DNA of 64,000 nucleotides from a virus (IMGVR_UViG_3300020048_000093:13745-77744); one strand, 5' to 3'. Counted from the first letter of the stretch, positions 47,746 through 57,711 are shown. A program made the numbers and translations. The notes: generated from the letters alone by a model not told the origin.

Positions 47746-48821
47746 TGGAAATAAGAAGCTTTACGACTATATTCAATACCATGAAGAATTGGATAATCAC
47801 CAAGCAGGACAAGTTGACTGATTTTAACAACGGAAGTGTTATTTCTTCACTTGTTGAAGCGATTGCCCGTGAAATTGCACAGATTTATATTCGGTGCAGG
47901 GTCGGGTACGATCAGTTTCTTAGCGCTATACCTTACTCGGTATTCAAATTTTACGCGAAACAAGGTGGTTATGCCGTAGGGTCGGTTGTTTTTTCACGGA
48001 CCGCCTCGGCGTTGTCAGCTACGCAAATACCAGCCGGGACCATAGTAGCTGCTGATACTTTTTTCTACACCACAACAGCAAACGGATCAATAGCTTCCGG
48101 GCAAATAGCATCGGCTCCGATACCGGTGATATCCTCAAAAATAGGATTTGACTATAATGTTGACAGCGGGCAGATATCAAAAATAATTTCTATATTGCCT
48201 TCGGATATTACTTCCGTCACCAATACTCTTAAATTTACCGGTGGATTTGACACAGAGACTGATTTTGATTTTACCGCTCGATTTCAGGATTATATAAAAG
48301 GATTATCACATACAAATATTTACGGAATCATGACAGCTGGAAAAAAATCATCGTATGTGCGATCAGTTTCACTCATCGAACACTTTCCTCCCGTGGACGA
48401 CATTTTTAATGTTACCGTGTATGTCGATGATGGAACTGGATACACTAGCCCTGAAGCAATAACAGACGTTACAAATATATTGGAGGGAGATGGAAGTCCT
48501 GAAAACCCTGGATATAAAGCGTGCGGAATCAATTTCAGAGTTCTTGCCCCGACAGTCGTCCTGGTTGATCTTGAATTTACCCTGTACACAAGAAATACAG
48601 ATGAGATGGTGGCGAAGTATGACGCTGAAAAAACAGTACGTGAGTATATAAACAATCTTCTTATCGGAGACGATGTTATTCTTTCGACGCTTGTGGTTAC
48701 ACTGAGAAACACCTTCTATATTTATGATGTAGATATTGCAAGCCCGTCAGGAAATATTACAATAGGTTCGTCGCAGCTTGCCAGATTTGGAAGCGCGGCA
48801 ATAACTGTGGTATCGGAGTAA
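47745..48821 (+). CDS. Baseplate J-like wedge protein
   Basis: LTDFNNGSVISSLVEA, IPAGT, GGFDTETD..F..RF motifs. Confidence 0.9.
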   Translation: MEIRSFTTIFNTMKNWIITKQDKLTDFNNGSVISSLVEAIAREIAQIYIRCRVGYDQFLSAIPYSVFKFYAKQGGYAVGSVVFSRTASALSATQIPAGTIVAADTFFYTTTANGSIASGQIASAPIPVISSKIGFDYNVDSGQISKIISILPSDITSVTNTLKFTGGFDTETDFDFTARFQDYIKGLSHTNIYGIMTAGKKSSYVRSVSLIEHFPPVDDIFNVTVYVDDGTGYTSPEAITDVTNILEGDGSPENPGYKACGINFRVLAPTVVLVDLEFTLYTRNTDEMVAKYDAEKTVREYINNLLIGDDVILSTLVVTLRNTFYIYDVDIASPSGNITIGSSQLARFGSAAITVVSE

Positions 48822-48823
48822 TC

Positions 48824-49852
48824 ATGGGCGCTGGAAACAACCTAATCAGGAATACGGCAAGAGGCATACGAAAAGATGACAAAACATTCCAGGCGATCAT
48901 TTCTGATGATCTGGGATTCGGTGCTACGGCGAACGAACTTGACGCAGTTGTTTCGTATTGTGATATGTATACAAAAATCGACAAGGTAGAAAATCAGACC
49001 GAAACAAGCCTTGAGAGTTCCGTAAGGTTTTTCACGGGACTTAAAAAGAACTTCGAAGAAACAGACGCCAGTTACTTGAAGCGTTTTATGGCATGGACAC
49101 ACAGAAGCGGAGATACGGTATGGGGAACAAAACATAATATCAAACACATTTTTAATGTTTATTTTCCTTCTGCGGAAGTTTTTGTATCAGAAAATACCGA
49201 TGGTATAAATCTGATGGTAAACGGTGATTTTGAGGATCCTGCCGGAGTCGAATGGGTAATGGTGAACACCTTGATTACAAATTCCGCCAGGTTCGCAAAT
49301 GAAAGCGGAGCTTCTATAGGTACGGAAGGGTCATTGAAGCAAACCGTCAGTTTGTCCGCTGGATCGTACTTTCTCCATTTTTTCATGCTCGGCCAATTGC
49401 GTGTCACGATCAAAGATACCGGTTTGAATAAATACTGGAATTTCACTTCGTTTTCATGGCAAAGCGCTATATCGTCGAAAGGATTTGTGAGCTCTACCTG
49501 GGACATACAGGATATGTTTTTTATACTTGCCCATACAGCAGATATAGAAATATCCATCGAAAGCGATACCGGGTCGTTTGTAGACTATTTCAGGCTCAAT
49601 AAAAAAGAAAAGCATCCGTCATTCACGCTGCTTGTTTGTTTTTCGTCCGCGAGCCTTGGTGAATCGCTTTTTGCTTCGTCCGGGAATGCCGATCCTATTG
49701 ACGGCCAAAATTATGATGCGATGAGTTATTACGACAGCGCATTCCTGAGCGGAGTGTCTGGATCTGCGAGAAGCATTTACGACAGCTTGCTTAATGAAGT
49801 AAAACCATGCGGGGTCATGGCTACTCTTGAACTGATAGAACGAAGCATATAG
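48824..49852 (+). CDS. Baseplate I-like protein with carbohydrate-binding-like insert
   Basis: ETDASYLKR...GTKHNI; NLMVNGDFE module; VKPCGV C-terminus. Confidence 0.7.
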   Translation: MGAGNNLIRNTARGIRKDDKTFQAIISDDLGFGATANELDAVVSYCDMYTKIDKVENQTETSLESSVRFFTGLKKNFEETDASYLKRFMAWTHRSGDTVWGTKHNIKHIFNVYFPSAEVFVSENTDGINLMVNGDFEDPAGVEWVMVNTLITNSARFANESGASIGTEGSLKQTVSLSAGSYFLHFFMLGQLRVTIKDTGLNKYWNFTSFSWQSAISSKGFVSSTWDIQDMFFILAHTADIEISIESDTGSFVDYFRLNKKEKHPSFTLLVCFSSASLGESLFASSGNADPIDGQNYDAMSYYDSAFLSGVSGSARSIYDSLLNEVKPCGVMATLELIERSI

Positions 49853-49862
49853 GAGGAACATT

Positions 49863-51191
49863 ATGGCCTTTAAGACAACTAAAATACTGGAAAATGAAAT
49901 TGCAAAGCAGGTTGATTTTCAATACGCCAACAGAAGCGGAATAGAAAACCTGTCGAGTTTTATCAGGTATGTATTCAAGACACCGAATAGCGTGGTAATG
50001 GGCGGAAAGGTACTTCAAGCTTCCCCGGTAAGCATGAATGTGTTAATTGACCCTCTCCTTGCTTTTTCGTCAACTGTAATCGCTTTTTCCGATTCGATTT
50101 CTGGACCATTTGCCATTGAAGCTTCGAATACCCAAGACAGGATCGATATTGTCCAGGTTAAGGGCGAGTATGTCGGTTTTGATACCCAACAGAGAGCTTT
50201 TAATGATCCGGCAACCATGACAAAAACCTATTCCGATGTTGATACAAAGGAAAAAATAGAAAATGTTATCCTAATAAAGAAGGGTGTTCCTGGGTCAGAT
50301 GCGGCTCCATCGGTAGATGCTGGATATATAAAGCTGGCTGAAGTAAAAGTTAGGGCAAACACGACAAGCATATTGACGGCCGATATTATAAATATTACCT
50401 CTGATTTGCCTGGATCAGAAAACAACACATGGACAACAGATAAAAGCAGTTCATTTGGTATGTTGAATATCACTGAATTCAAAATGCTGTTCAGGGTAGG
50501 ACATACCAACAATGGAACACATGCAACAGAGTCTATAAAGGCATCGAATATTAAATTCAGCATATCAGATGACGGAGTGACGACAGGGTTGCTTCCGCTG
50601 AATACTATTATAAGCGCTGCAGGTATGGCTGATATTGCAGAAAATACCATTTTGACCACGATATTGCAAACCCTGGCAACCATCAAAGAAAACAAGGACT
50701 CAAAGGATGCTTCCGGTGGATATGTTGGTCTCACGCTGTTCAAGATGAACTTCAAAAACGCGCTCAACACCATAACTTCGTTTTTTACCAATGCAAACAC
50801 CGCCGCAAGAACGTACACATTCCGGGATCGGGACGGGACGATAGCCGACGATACTGACCTTTCCGAGTTGTACAACATAGTGAGGGAAACGTATCAAAAG
50901 ACCGTGACAGTCTCAGCTCCATATACCCGTTTTACTTTTTCTGGGTTGGGTATTCCTGATGCGGTATATTCGGCGTTCAGTCAGTTAAAGGGAGTGAATA
51001 CCAAGTTTGTGCATCAGGTTTCTTTGGTGTGCTCGGGGACATATGTGGATGTTTATATATATTTCAACGCAGACGGTGTTATCGGTGACGGGACCCCGGT
51101 GGTAAAATGGGGATCGAAAAAGTTTGGTGCGTTCAAGTTTGGGCAGAGTGAGTCCATAGAGATAGATTTGTTTTTTAGAAAGGAGGCGTAA
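49863..51191 (+). CDS. Proximal tail fibre protein
   Basis: QDRIDIV, APSVDAGYIKLAEVKV motifs; follows baseplate genes. Confidence 0.75.
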   Translation: MAFKTTKILENEIAKQVDFQYANRSGIENLSSFIRYVFKTPNSVVMGGKVLQASPVSMNVLIDPLLAFSSTVIAFSDSISGPFAIEASNTQDRIDIVQVKGEYVGFDTQQRAFNDPATMTKTYSDVDTKEKIENVILIKKGVPGSDAAPSVDAGYIKLAEVKVRANTTSILTADIINITSDLPGSENNTWTTDKSSSFGMLNITEFKMLFRVGHTNNGTHATESIKASNIKFSISDDGVTTGLLPLNTIISAAGMADIAENTILTTILQTLATIKENKDSKDASGGYVGLTLFKMNFKNALNTITSFFTNANTAARTYTFRDRDGTIADDTDLSELYNIVRETYQKTVTVSAPYTRFTFSGLGIPDAVYSAFSQLKGVNTKFVHQVSLVCSGTYVDVYIYFNADGVIGDGTPVVKWGSKKFGAFKFGQSESIEIDLFFRKEA

Positions 51192-51193
51192 AA

Positions 51194-51478
51194 ATGGTCG
51201 GGATTCCGGAGAATCTGCAGAATAGGGTTGACTGGGAAAATGCGTTCAAATATGCACTTGCGCATGAGTCGGTAAGAAGCAAGATGAAGGAAAAACTTGT
51301 CGATCTTGCACGGACGGGAACGGCTCTCGTTATTAAAAAGGGCGTGACCAAGCCGGCAGAAGAGCAGACAGCATCCGATTTTGATGTGGTTGAGGATGCC
51401 GGGTCTGCTTTGATCCGCTCGGGATTTACTTCCGCAGAAGTGGCATCGATGATTGTAACACTTGAAGGAGGTGTGTAA
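51194..51478 (+). CDS. Hypothetical tail-associated protein
   Basis: RBS aggagg; coupled between fibre genes. Confidence 0.7.
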   Translation: MVGIPENLQNRVDWENAFKYALAHESVRSKMKEKLVDLARTGTALVIKKGVTKPAEEQTASDFDVVEDAGSALIRSGFTSAEVASMIVTLEGGV

Positions 51479-52650
51479 TGGCAATTTACAAAATAACCGA
51501 TGGAGTAGATGATGCAACCATCGCGTCTATCGCCCAGTTCCATGATGTAAAATCAACGGGCGCAAGCTATCTGTCGAAAAAGAATCCTTTTTTGTATGCG
51601 GAAAATAGGATCCTTCTTGCAAAGGATACGATTATCACGATAAAGAATCCTGGCTGGAAGATTTTTGTCCAGAAGGATGCGGATGCCGAGCTTATCGAGT
51701 CCGATCTTGATACCGGAGTATTCGCCGTAGGAACAGACTACTATGTCTATCTGTGTGATAATGGCGCTAATGGTTTACTCAAATTGTCGGCTAATTCGAC
51801 GTTCCCTGCGGGATACAACGCGGATACTTCGCGCAAAATTGGCGGTTTTCACTATGGGCATATCAGAAAGGTTTCGGCTGACGGTATGTACATACCGATT
51901 GATTCTGCAGACGCCAAGTTTGGTCTGGGTAGTACTGTTTGGAAAAACAATGTCACTATCGGAATCGTTCCCAACAGCGTCTGGGATTTGAAAAACAGAC
52001 CATCGTGTTCTCCGGAAGGAATGGTAAAAGTCGGAAACATTTGGGTGGACATCTATCAGTCTTCTGCCGCTGAGACGGTAACGTTTTTGTCAGGAACAAA
52101 CGGACTTCATGTTTCTGCGGGAAAATTGCAATCGAAATACGGAGCGATTCCTGTTACCGGCACCGAAGGTCTCAATTGGTACAATTTTCTTGAACTTGGA
52201 TCGCGTATTGGAAAAAGAATGCCATCTAACGCAGAATGGATCGCCGGAGCCTTCGGAAATCCTGAGGGTGAAGATGCAGCTGATAACTATGGTTGGACAA
52301 AAACCACAAATTCAGCTCGGGTGCGCACTGGTGTAAAGGTAAATTCATCTACCGGTGTATATGATGCTTCAACGGGAATCAAACCATATGCCATCAGCGC
52401 CTTTAATCTGGTAGACTGCGTTGGTAACGTCTACGAATGGATTGATGAGATTATCGGATCTCCAGGAGCGGCATGGGTTGATGGTCCAGGACTGGGAATG
52501 GGTGACACTTACGGTACTCCGTATGCGCTACTTGCGGGCGGCAACTGGAATGGTGGCGTGCACGCTGGTGCGCGGTGTGTGAACGCGGACAGCACCCCCT
52601 GGGGTGTGAGCACGCCCGTCGGGTGCCGCCTTGCCTGTGACGCGCTGTAA
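51478..52650 (+). CDS. DGR target: receptor-binding protein with C-type-lectin/FGE fold and C-terminal VR
   Basis: KRMPSNAEW, DCVGNVYEW, GGNW...G.R motifs; contains the VR. Confidence 0.93.
   Translation: MAIYKITDGVDDATIASIAQFHDVKSTGASYLSKKNPFLYAENRILLAKDTIITIKNPGWKIFVQKDADAELIESDLDTGVFAVGTDYYVYLCDNGANGLLKLSANSTFPAGYNADTSRKIGGFHYGHIRKVSADGMYIPIDSADAKFGLGSTVWKNNVTIGIVPNSVWDLKNRPSCSPEGMVKVGNIWVDIYQSSAAETVTFLSGTNGLHVSAGKLQSKYGAIPVTGTEGLNWYNFLELGSRIGKRMPSNAEWIAGAFGNPEGEDAADNYGWTKTTNSARVRTGVKVNSSTGVYDASTGIKPYAISAFNLVDCVGNVYEWIDEIIGSPGAAWVDGPGLGMGDTYGTPYALLAGGNWNGGVHAGARCVNADSTPWGVSTPVGCRLACDAL
52532..52642 (+). repeat. DGR variable repeat (VR)
   Basis: 111-nt match to 53103..53213 with 11 mismatches, each opposite an A in TR. 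Confidence 0.97.
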
Positions 52651-52703
52651 GCGCGCCTGTGCGACTGGAAACTGAAAAACTGTTTTTAAGGAAGAGGTAA
52701 CCT

Positions 52704-53099
52704 GTGGAATCGGTCGATGGAAAAGTTGAATCTGCGCCAAATATCTCCGCTGGAACTGCCCGATATGGCGTAGAATCACTGAAGTTGTTTCAAAAAGTCG
52801 AGGACTTTGTGAACTATCTTTTTCCGATAATCGACCGATTCCCAAAAACCGAACGATTGGCACTGGTATCTCAAATGAAAAACCTTTGCTACGAAATGTT
52901 GAAAACTATAATAAAAACACAGAAGTCTTCGTCGAAGAAGTCTGGTTGGTATGAGGTTGATGTTCAGCTTGAAATGGTAAGGTTTTTTCTGAGACACGCA
53001 AGAACAAGAAAATATCTCGCCCCACGGAGCTATGAGACAGCTGCAAGGAGCGTGGTCGAGATAGGCCGACTTATAGGAGGCTTGATAAAAGGCGCTTGA
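52704..53099 (+). CDS. avd: DGR accessory variability determinant (four-helix bundle)
   Basis: FPKTERLALVSQMK...DVQLEMVRFFLR...EIGRLIGGLIK; lies between target and TR. Confidence 0.92.
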   Translation: MESVDGKVESAPNISAGTARYGVESLKLFQKVEDFVNYLFPIIDRFPKTERLALVSQMKNLCYEMLKTIIKTQKSSSKKSGWYEVDVQLEMVRFFLRHARTRKYLAPRSYETAARSVVEIGRLIGGLIKGA

Positions 53100-53102
53100 T
53101 AT

Positions 53103-53213
53103 TTGCGGGCGGCAACTGGAATGATGGCGTGCACGATGGTGCGCGGTGTGTGAACACGAACAACACCCCCTGGAATGTGAACACGAACATCGGGTGCCGC
53201 CTTGCCTGTGACG
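53103..53213 (+). repeat. DGR template repeat (TR)
   Basis: 24 adenines, all at codon positions 1-2 in the target frame; 8 AAY codons. Confidence 0.97.
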
Positions 53214-53372
53214 ATAGTGATAAAATAAGTCGTGCTGGATCAAGGTCTGGTACGCAGTGACGGTCCTGGGGGTGAAACTTCTAGGACCAACCGGAAACGG
53301 GTTGATATGCGGAAACGCACATTTATACGTCAGATCAAGCTCCTACTCCGTAAATCCGGGGAAACTATGTTG

Positions 53373-53403
53373 GCGGAGCCCCTTCGGGGTCTCCGTTTTT
53401 TAT
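53373..53403 (+). terminator. Intrinsic terminator between the TR spacer and RT
   Basis: GCGGAGCCCC-TTCG-GGGTCTCCGT (one mismatch) followed by a T tract. Confidence 0.8.
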
Positions 53404-53440
53404 TATATGTGTATATTAAGTTAAAATATAAAGGCGCACC

Positions 53441-54508
53441 ATGTCAGACAGTTTATTTGAACGAATTTACGATTACGAGAACTTATACCAGGCTTATTTA
53501 CTTGCCAGAAGACAAAAAAGATATCGCGGACAGGTGTTGGACTTTTCATATAATTTGGAGGGGAACCTTATTCGACTGCAAAACGAACTTTTATGGAAAA
53601 CATACCAGATTGGTCCATACCGTCAATTCAAAGTGTATGAACCAAAAGAAAGACTGATTTCTGCTTTGCCGTTCAGGGACAGAGTGGTTCAACATGCTAT
53701 TTGCCGGGTTGTAGAATCGATATTTGAGAATCCCATGATATACGATTCGTATGCGTGTAGAACCGGACGAGGCAGTTTGATGGCAGCAAATAGATTGTCC
53801 TATTTTATCGGTAAATCAGGGACCAATAAGTACCTAAAATGCGATATCAAGAAGTATTTTCAGTCGATCAATGTGCCAATATTAAAAACAATCATCAGGA
53901 AATATATCACCGATACCAATGTTCTTTGGATAATTGATCTTATTTTGGACAGCGCAATTGGATCAGGAGTTCCTATTGGCAACTTGTTGTCACAGCTCTT
54001 TGCCAACGTGTATCTGAATGAGCTTGATTTTCATATGAAGGTTAAGCTCCAGGTTAAATATTACATCAGGTATATGGACGATGTTCTGATACTTGATTCA
54101 TCTACAGAAAAGCTTCGAGAAAATCTATCAGAAATCGAATCGTTCCTGGAAAACAAACTAGCTCTTCGGCTAAACGATAAAACCCACATAGGTACAACTT
54201 CCGAAGGAATAGAGTTTGTGGGATATCGGGTATTCCTTCATAACAGAATCATAAAAAAACAGAGCATTGGGAGAATGAACAATAAGTATCGGGCATGGAA
54301 AAAAGGGAAGGTTCCGGATGCACGTTATTTGAGGTCGATAGGATCATGGGTTGGACATGCCAAGGGAACTGCGTGCCACGAACTGGTAGAAAAGATTCTT
54401 TTAAATAGCCTGATGAGCTGCATCTTGAAGAAAAGGCCTGTAATAGTGTTAAATGTATCTGAAAATAATCACGACAGGAATCATGCCGTGACAAGGACGG
54501 TGAAATAA
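53441..54508 (+). CDS. DGR reverse transcriptase
   Basis: FRDRVVQHA, KCDIKKYF, GVPIGNLLSQLFAN, RYMDD, GIEFVGY. Confidence 0.97.
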   Translation: MSDSLFERIYDYENLYQAYLLARRQKRYRGQVLDFSYNLEGNLIRLQNELLWKTYQIGPYRQFKVYEPKERLISALPFRDRVVQHAICRVVESIFENPMIYDSYACRTGRGSLMAANRLSYFIGKSGTNKYLKCDIKKYFQSINVPILKTIIRKYITDTNVLWIIDLILDSAIGSGVPIGNLLSQLFANVYLNELDFHMKVKLQVKYYIRYMDDVLILDSSTEKLRENLSEIESFLENKLALRLNDKTHIGTTSEGIEFVGYRVFLHNRIIKKQSIGRMNNKYRAWKKGKVPDARYLRSIGSWVGHAKGTACHELVEKILLNSLMSCILKKRPVIVLNVSENNHDRNHAVTRTVK

Positions 54509-54509
54509 A

Positions 54510-55175
54510 ATGGAATTAATAATTACAATTGTATCTTTCGTGTCAACATTGACGCCGTTTCAGGCAATACTAACGATAGCAGTTTTGATTTTATTTCTAT
54601 CACAAGGTTGGCTCACGTTTCAGGGGTTCAAGTTCAGGAAGGAGTCCCGTAAGAAACCTACGGCCTGCCTTCACGGGCGTGCCGGCGCATGTGAGCTGCT
54701 CCGTCGTCAGATGGAGATTGCAGAGGTGTACCTCCAAAAGGTGGTCACTGCTGCCTTGGACCATTATTTGGACGAGCGTGCCAGCAGGAAGGGTGAGGAT
54801 GTGATACTTGCCACCGATATCGAAGCGTTCTGCTATGACCTGACTTTGTACCGTGTCAGCAGGAATATAAAAAATGAGATAAGATCGTTCTTTGCCGCCA
54901 ACCATTTGGCCGAGATGGATGAATCAGAATTTGAGCTTTATATGAAGCGACGCACGGACCAGATCATTGTTACCATGACATCCCTTATGGACAAACTGTA
55001 TTATCCCGGAAGCGACCCGTCACGCCGAGAACTTTACGAATACAACCAGACCAAACTCATGCCAATTTTCCACTCCGCCATGGAAGCCACGCTCCGGCAA
55101 GGCCGGAAGCTGGCAATCCAGTTCGCGGCAGGTGATCTTGATAAATATATGGAGCGATCAGATGAACATAATTGA
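54510..55175 (+). CDS. Membrane-anchored lysis-cassette protein
   Basis: Hydrophobic N-terminal ~38 aa; immediately before the endolysin. Confidence 0.65.
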   Translation: MELIITIVSFVSTLTPFQAILTIAVLILFLSQGWLTFQGFKFRKESRKKPTACLHGRAGACELLRRQMEIAEVYLQKVVTAALDHYLDERASRKGEDVILATDIEAFCYDLTLYRVSRNIKNEIRSFFAANHLAEMDESEFELYMKRRTDQIIVTMTSLMDKLYYPGSDPSRRELYEYNQTKLMPIFHSAMEATLRQGRKLAIQFAAGDLDKYMERSDEHN

Positions 55176-55758
55176 CAAGTATCTCACGGTAAACGGTTTT
55201 TCAAGGACCGGAAAAAAACGGTCGAAGACACTCGGGATAGTAATGCACAATATCGGCAAGGACAATCAGAGCGCTCTCGACGTTATTGCATACTTCGAAG
55301 GATTGAAATGCCAGAACGCTCTTGACGCAACACCCGATATTTCGGCATCAGCTCAGTACGTAATAGACCTGGACGGTACAGTATACCGTCTCATGGACGA
55401 GGATGAGAAAGCATACCACTGCGGAACCTCGAAGCCTGATCCTGTGTCAGGATTCATATATACCGAAAAGGCCCGAGTAAGGTTCGGACAGTTCGCAGCC
55501 AATCCCGATGAATCCAGCCCGAACTCCTGCACAATTGGTATCGAGATGTGTCACAAGGACGGAGGAACCTTCACTTCTGCAACAATAGGTTCTGCTGCAA
55601 AATTATGCGCAGACTTATGCCGGCGCTACTCTCTCGATCCCATGCAGGACATACTGACACATCATGAGGTAGTTGGCTGGAAACAATGTCCGATATTATG
55701 GACAAATATACCGGCTTTTCTGCTGGCTTTCAAATCAGATGTGGCGAAGATACTATGA
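55162..55758 (+). CDS. Endolysin, N-acetylmuramoyl-L-alanine amidase (Amidase_2)
   Basis: IVMHNIG, SAQYVIDLDG, AYHCG, TIGIEMC, ILTHHEVVGWKQCP. Confidence 0.93.
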   Translation: MNIIDKYLTVNGFSRTGKKRSKTLGIVMHNIGKDNQSALDVIAYFEGLKCQNALDATPDISASAQYVIDLDGTVYRLMDEDEKAYHCGTSKPDPVSGFIYTEKARVRFGQFAANPDESSPNSCTIGIEMCHKDGGTFTSATIGSAAKLCADLCRRYSLDPMQDILTHHEVVGWKQCPILWTNIPAFLLAFKSDVAKIL

Positions 55759-55979
55759 AGTGGCTTGAAGGTGTATTTGCATATATCAGGTCTCTTAAAC
55801 CCATTGAGTTATCAAGTCTCATAATTGCCTGTTCAATCGCTATTCTGGCTTTGGCAAAAGCATGTAAAATCGCCAGGATAAAAAAAATCGGTACGTTGGA
55901 ATTTGATACCAGTTTGGAAAAAAAACCTGCCCGAAAGATGTTTGGTAAAAGAACAAGGAAGGTGAAAAGTGAAACATAA
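55755..55979 (+). CDS. Small single-TM protein
   Basis: Coupled ORF; hydrophobic LSSLIIACSIAILALA; basic C-tail. Confidence 0.6.
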   Translation: MKWLEGVFAYIRSLKPIELSSLIIACSIAILALAKACKIARIKKIGTLEFDTSLEKKPARKMFGKRTRKVKSET

Positions 55980-56421
55980 AACTTTATGGATCGTTATTGT
56001 GTGGCTCGTTTTTCTGATAGGCGCAATTGCCCTGCAGGTTGTGATGCCAAACGGATTCCCATTGGCAGAAATTGTAAACCTCGTTGGCATAATCAGCTTG
56101 TCCTATGTCGGGATCGATAAGGCAAAGTCGGTTGTAATGGCGGCAAAAGCACCTCCTGGAGAGTTCGGAACGGATTACATAGCTCCGATGCAGGACAAGA
56201 ACCTTTGGATCGTGATAGTTTGGCTTGTTATTCTGATAGAAACGCTCGTGGTCCAGTTTGCAGTAACCATTATTTTCCCCGACAAAACAGTACCAATTCC
56301 CATAACTGACGTTATCAGTTTCTCGGGAATACTTTCCGCAGCGTATGTCGGACTGGACAAGGGCGTGAAGGTTGCAGCCGTCACCGGAAAGGCCGTCTCG
56401 CCAGAAGGAAGTGAAAAATGA
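55969..56421 (+). CDS. Holin-like 4-TM protein with internal duplication
   Basis: Two LWIVIVWLV...YVG.DK repeats. Confidence 0.65.
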   Translation: MKHKTLWIVIVWLVFLIGAIALQVVMPNGFPLAEIVNLVGIISLSYVGIDKAKSVVMAAKAPPGEFGTDYIAPMQDKNLWIVIVWLVILIETLVVQFAVTIIFPDKTVPIPITDVISFSGILSAAYVGLDKGVKVAAVTGKAVSPEGSEK

Positions 56422-56699
56422 ATACAATTACCGTGTGTCTTGCGTCAATCTGTCTGGTGACATGCTTGGTTTTGGGTATTTATTACTATGTTAAGTACCT
56501 GAAAAAAAGGCTTTCGGAATATATACAAGAAAATCAGGCATTGAAGTCAAATCTTGAAGTAGCAAACCACCGAATTCTTCAACTATCCCAATTAAACGTC
56601 GCAACAAATGCGGCAGAGGCAAAGGCACATGAAAAAAAAGAATCCCTTGAGGCAACTCCTGACGCTGCTCTCGTTAATCGGGCTAATAATCTCTTTTAG
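56418..56699 (+). CDS. i-spanin (Rz-like)
   Basis: N-terminal TM followed by coiled coil. Confidence 0.7.
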   Translation: MNTITVCLASICLVTCLVLGIYYYVKYLKKRLSEYIQENQALKSNLEVANHRILQLSQLNVATNAAEAKAHEKKESLEATPDAALVNRANNLF

Positions 56700-56916
56700 C
56701 GGGTGCAAGACTGTTCCAGAACCAGACCCGGAGGTGCTAAATCCGGCCATACAGAGGCCCGAAGCGCCTGCATTGAGTAAACTGACGTTTATCGACAAGG
56801 ATGGGGGCCTATGGCTCTCCTATGACGAATACAGGAAGCTTGAAGGCAATATCATTGCCATGAAAGCCTATTCGGAAAAACTTGAAGCGGTAATCGGGTA
56901 TTATGAAAAACAGTGA
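56629..56916 (+). CDS. o-spanin (Rz1-like lipoprotein)
   Basis: MKKK...LIISFSG-C lipobox, Pro-rich segment; overlaps the i-spanin gene. Confidence 0.75.
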   Translation: MKKKNPLRQLLTLLSLIGLIISFSGCKTVPEPDPEVLNPAIQRPEAPALSKLTFIDKDGGLWLSYDEYRKLEGNIIAMKAYSEKLEAVIGYYEKQ

Positions 56917-57690
56917 TTAACGGCCGGCCCTGAATTTCTTCTGGAAGTTCAGGATCGCCCGCTGCTCTCCGGCATCATACGTTTCCATGATAAACGGCTC
57001 GTTGCCCGTCGCCCTGATTTTATAGACTGCTTCAAGATACCCGGAAAGGTGATCCCTCTCTTCTGCCGGAAGATCATCCGAAAAATTCAGAATATCAGTA
57101 CCATCGATCATGATTTTTGTCGAAGTTACCTTGATTACCGGGTGGTATGATTCATCCGGTTCATCAGAAGCCGTTGCCCATTCCTTGAATTCCATAAATG
57201 TCGATGAGGCTATTTTTTTGTAAACCGAAGCTTTCGCATGAGAATACTTTTTAAGTGCCATCTTCAGATATCGTAATTTATGAGCGTTGTTCTCGATATT
57301 GAATCCGGCTTTATTGAGATTCGAAAAATGATCAATGAAGACTTCGGCTATTATTTTGGCATCGCTTATCGTCTGTACGGACATGCCCTGCCCTTCATAG
57401 AGGTGTTTGGCGTATTCGAGGTATGACTTGTATCCGAGCGTCTCATACAGGGCTTCTCGGTCTATTACGACGCATCCAATACCGATTAACAACAGGGACG
57501 CTTTCGCGTTTGTGGCAAGATTCACCATCGTTTGCTCGATGGTCCCGATGTCCTTTGAGCTGAAGGCTTGAATGGCGGATTTACCAAGGTCTTTGTCGCC
57601 AAACCGTAATTCTTGAATGTAGTTGAAATGATATTTATCGACGATGATACCATTGTCGAATTCGTTGATTATCACCTGTGTCTTAGCCAT
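56917..57690 (-). CDS. Hypothetical protein resembling spirochaete partition-associated (PFam49/DUF3102-like) proteins
   Basis: IDREALYETLGYKSYLEYA...SVQTISDAKIIA pattern by eye; RBS ggagg; downstream of int. Confidence 0.55.
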   Translation of the reverse strand: MAKTQVIINEFDNGIIVDKYHFNYIQELRFGDKDLGKSAIQAFSSKDIGTIEQTMVNLATNAKASLLLIGIGCVVIDREALYETLGYKSYLEYAKHLYEGQGMSVQTISDAKIIAEVFIDHFSNLNKAGFNIENNAHKLRYLKMALKKYSHAKASVYKKIASSTFMEFKEWATASDEPDESYHPVIKVTSTKIMIDGTDILNFSDDLPAEERDHLSGYLEAVYKIRATGNEPFIMETYDAGEQRAILNFQKKFRAGR

Positions 57691-57711
57691 TCAAGCCTCC
57701 GATAAAAATTA

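Noticed and set aside
52643-52703. IMH hairpin downstream of VR
   Set aside because: Only a 3-bp GC stem (CGC/GCG) is visible, too weak to call.
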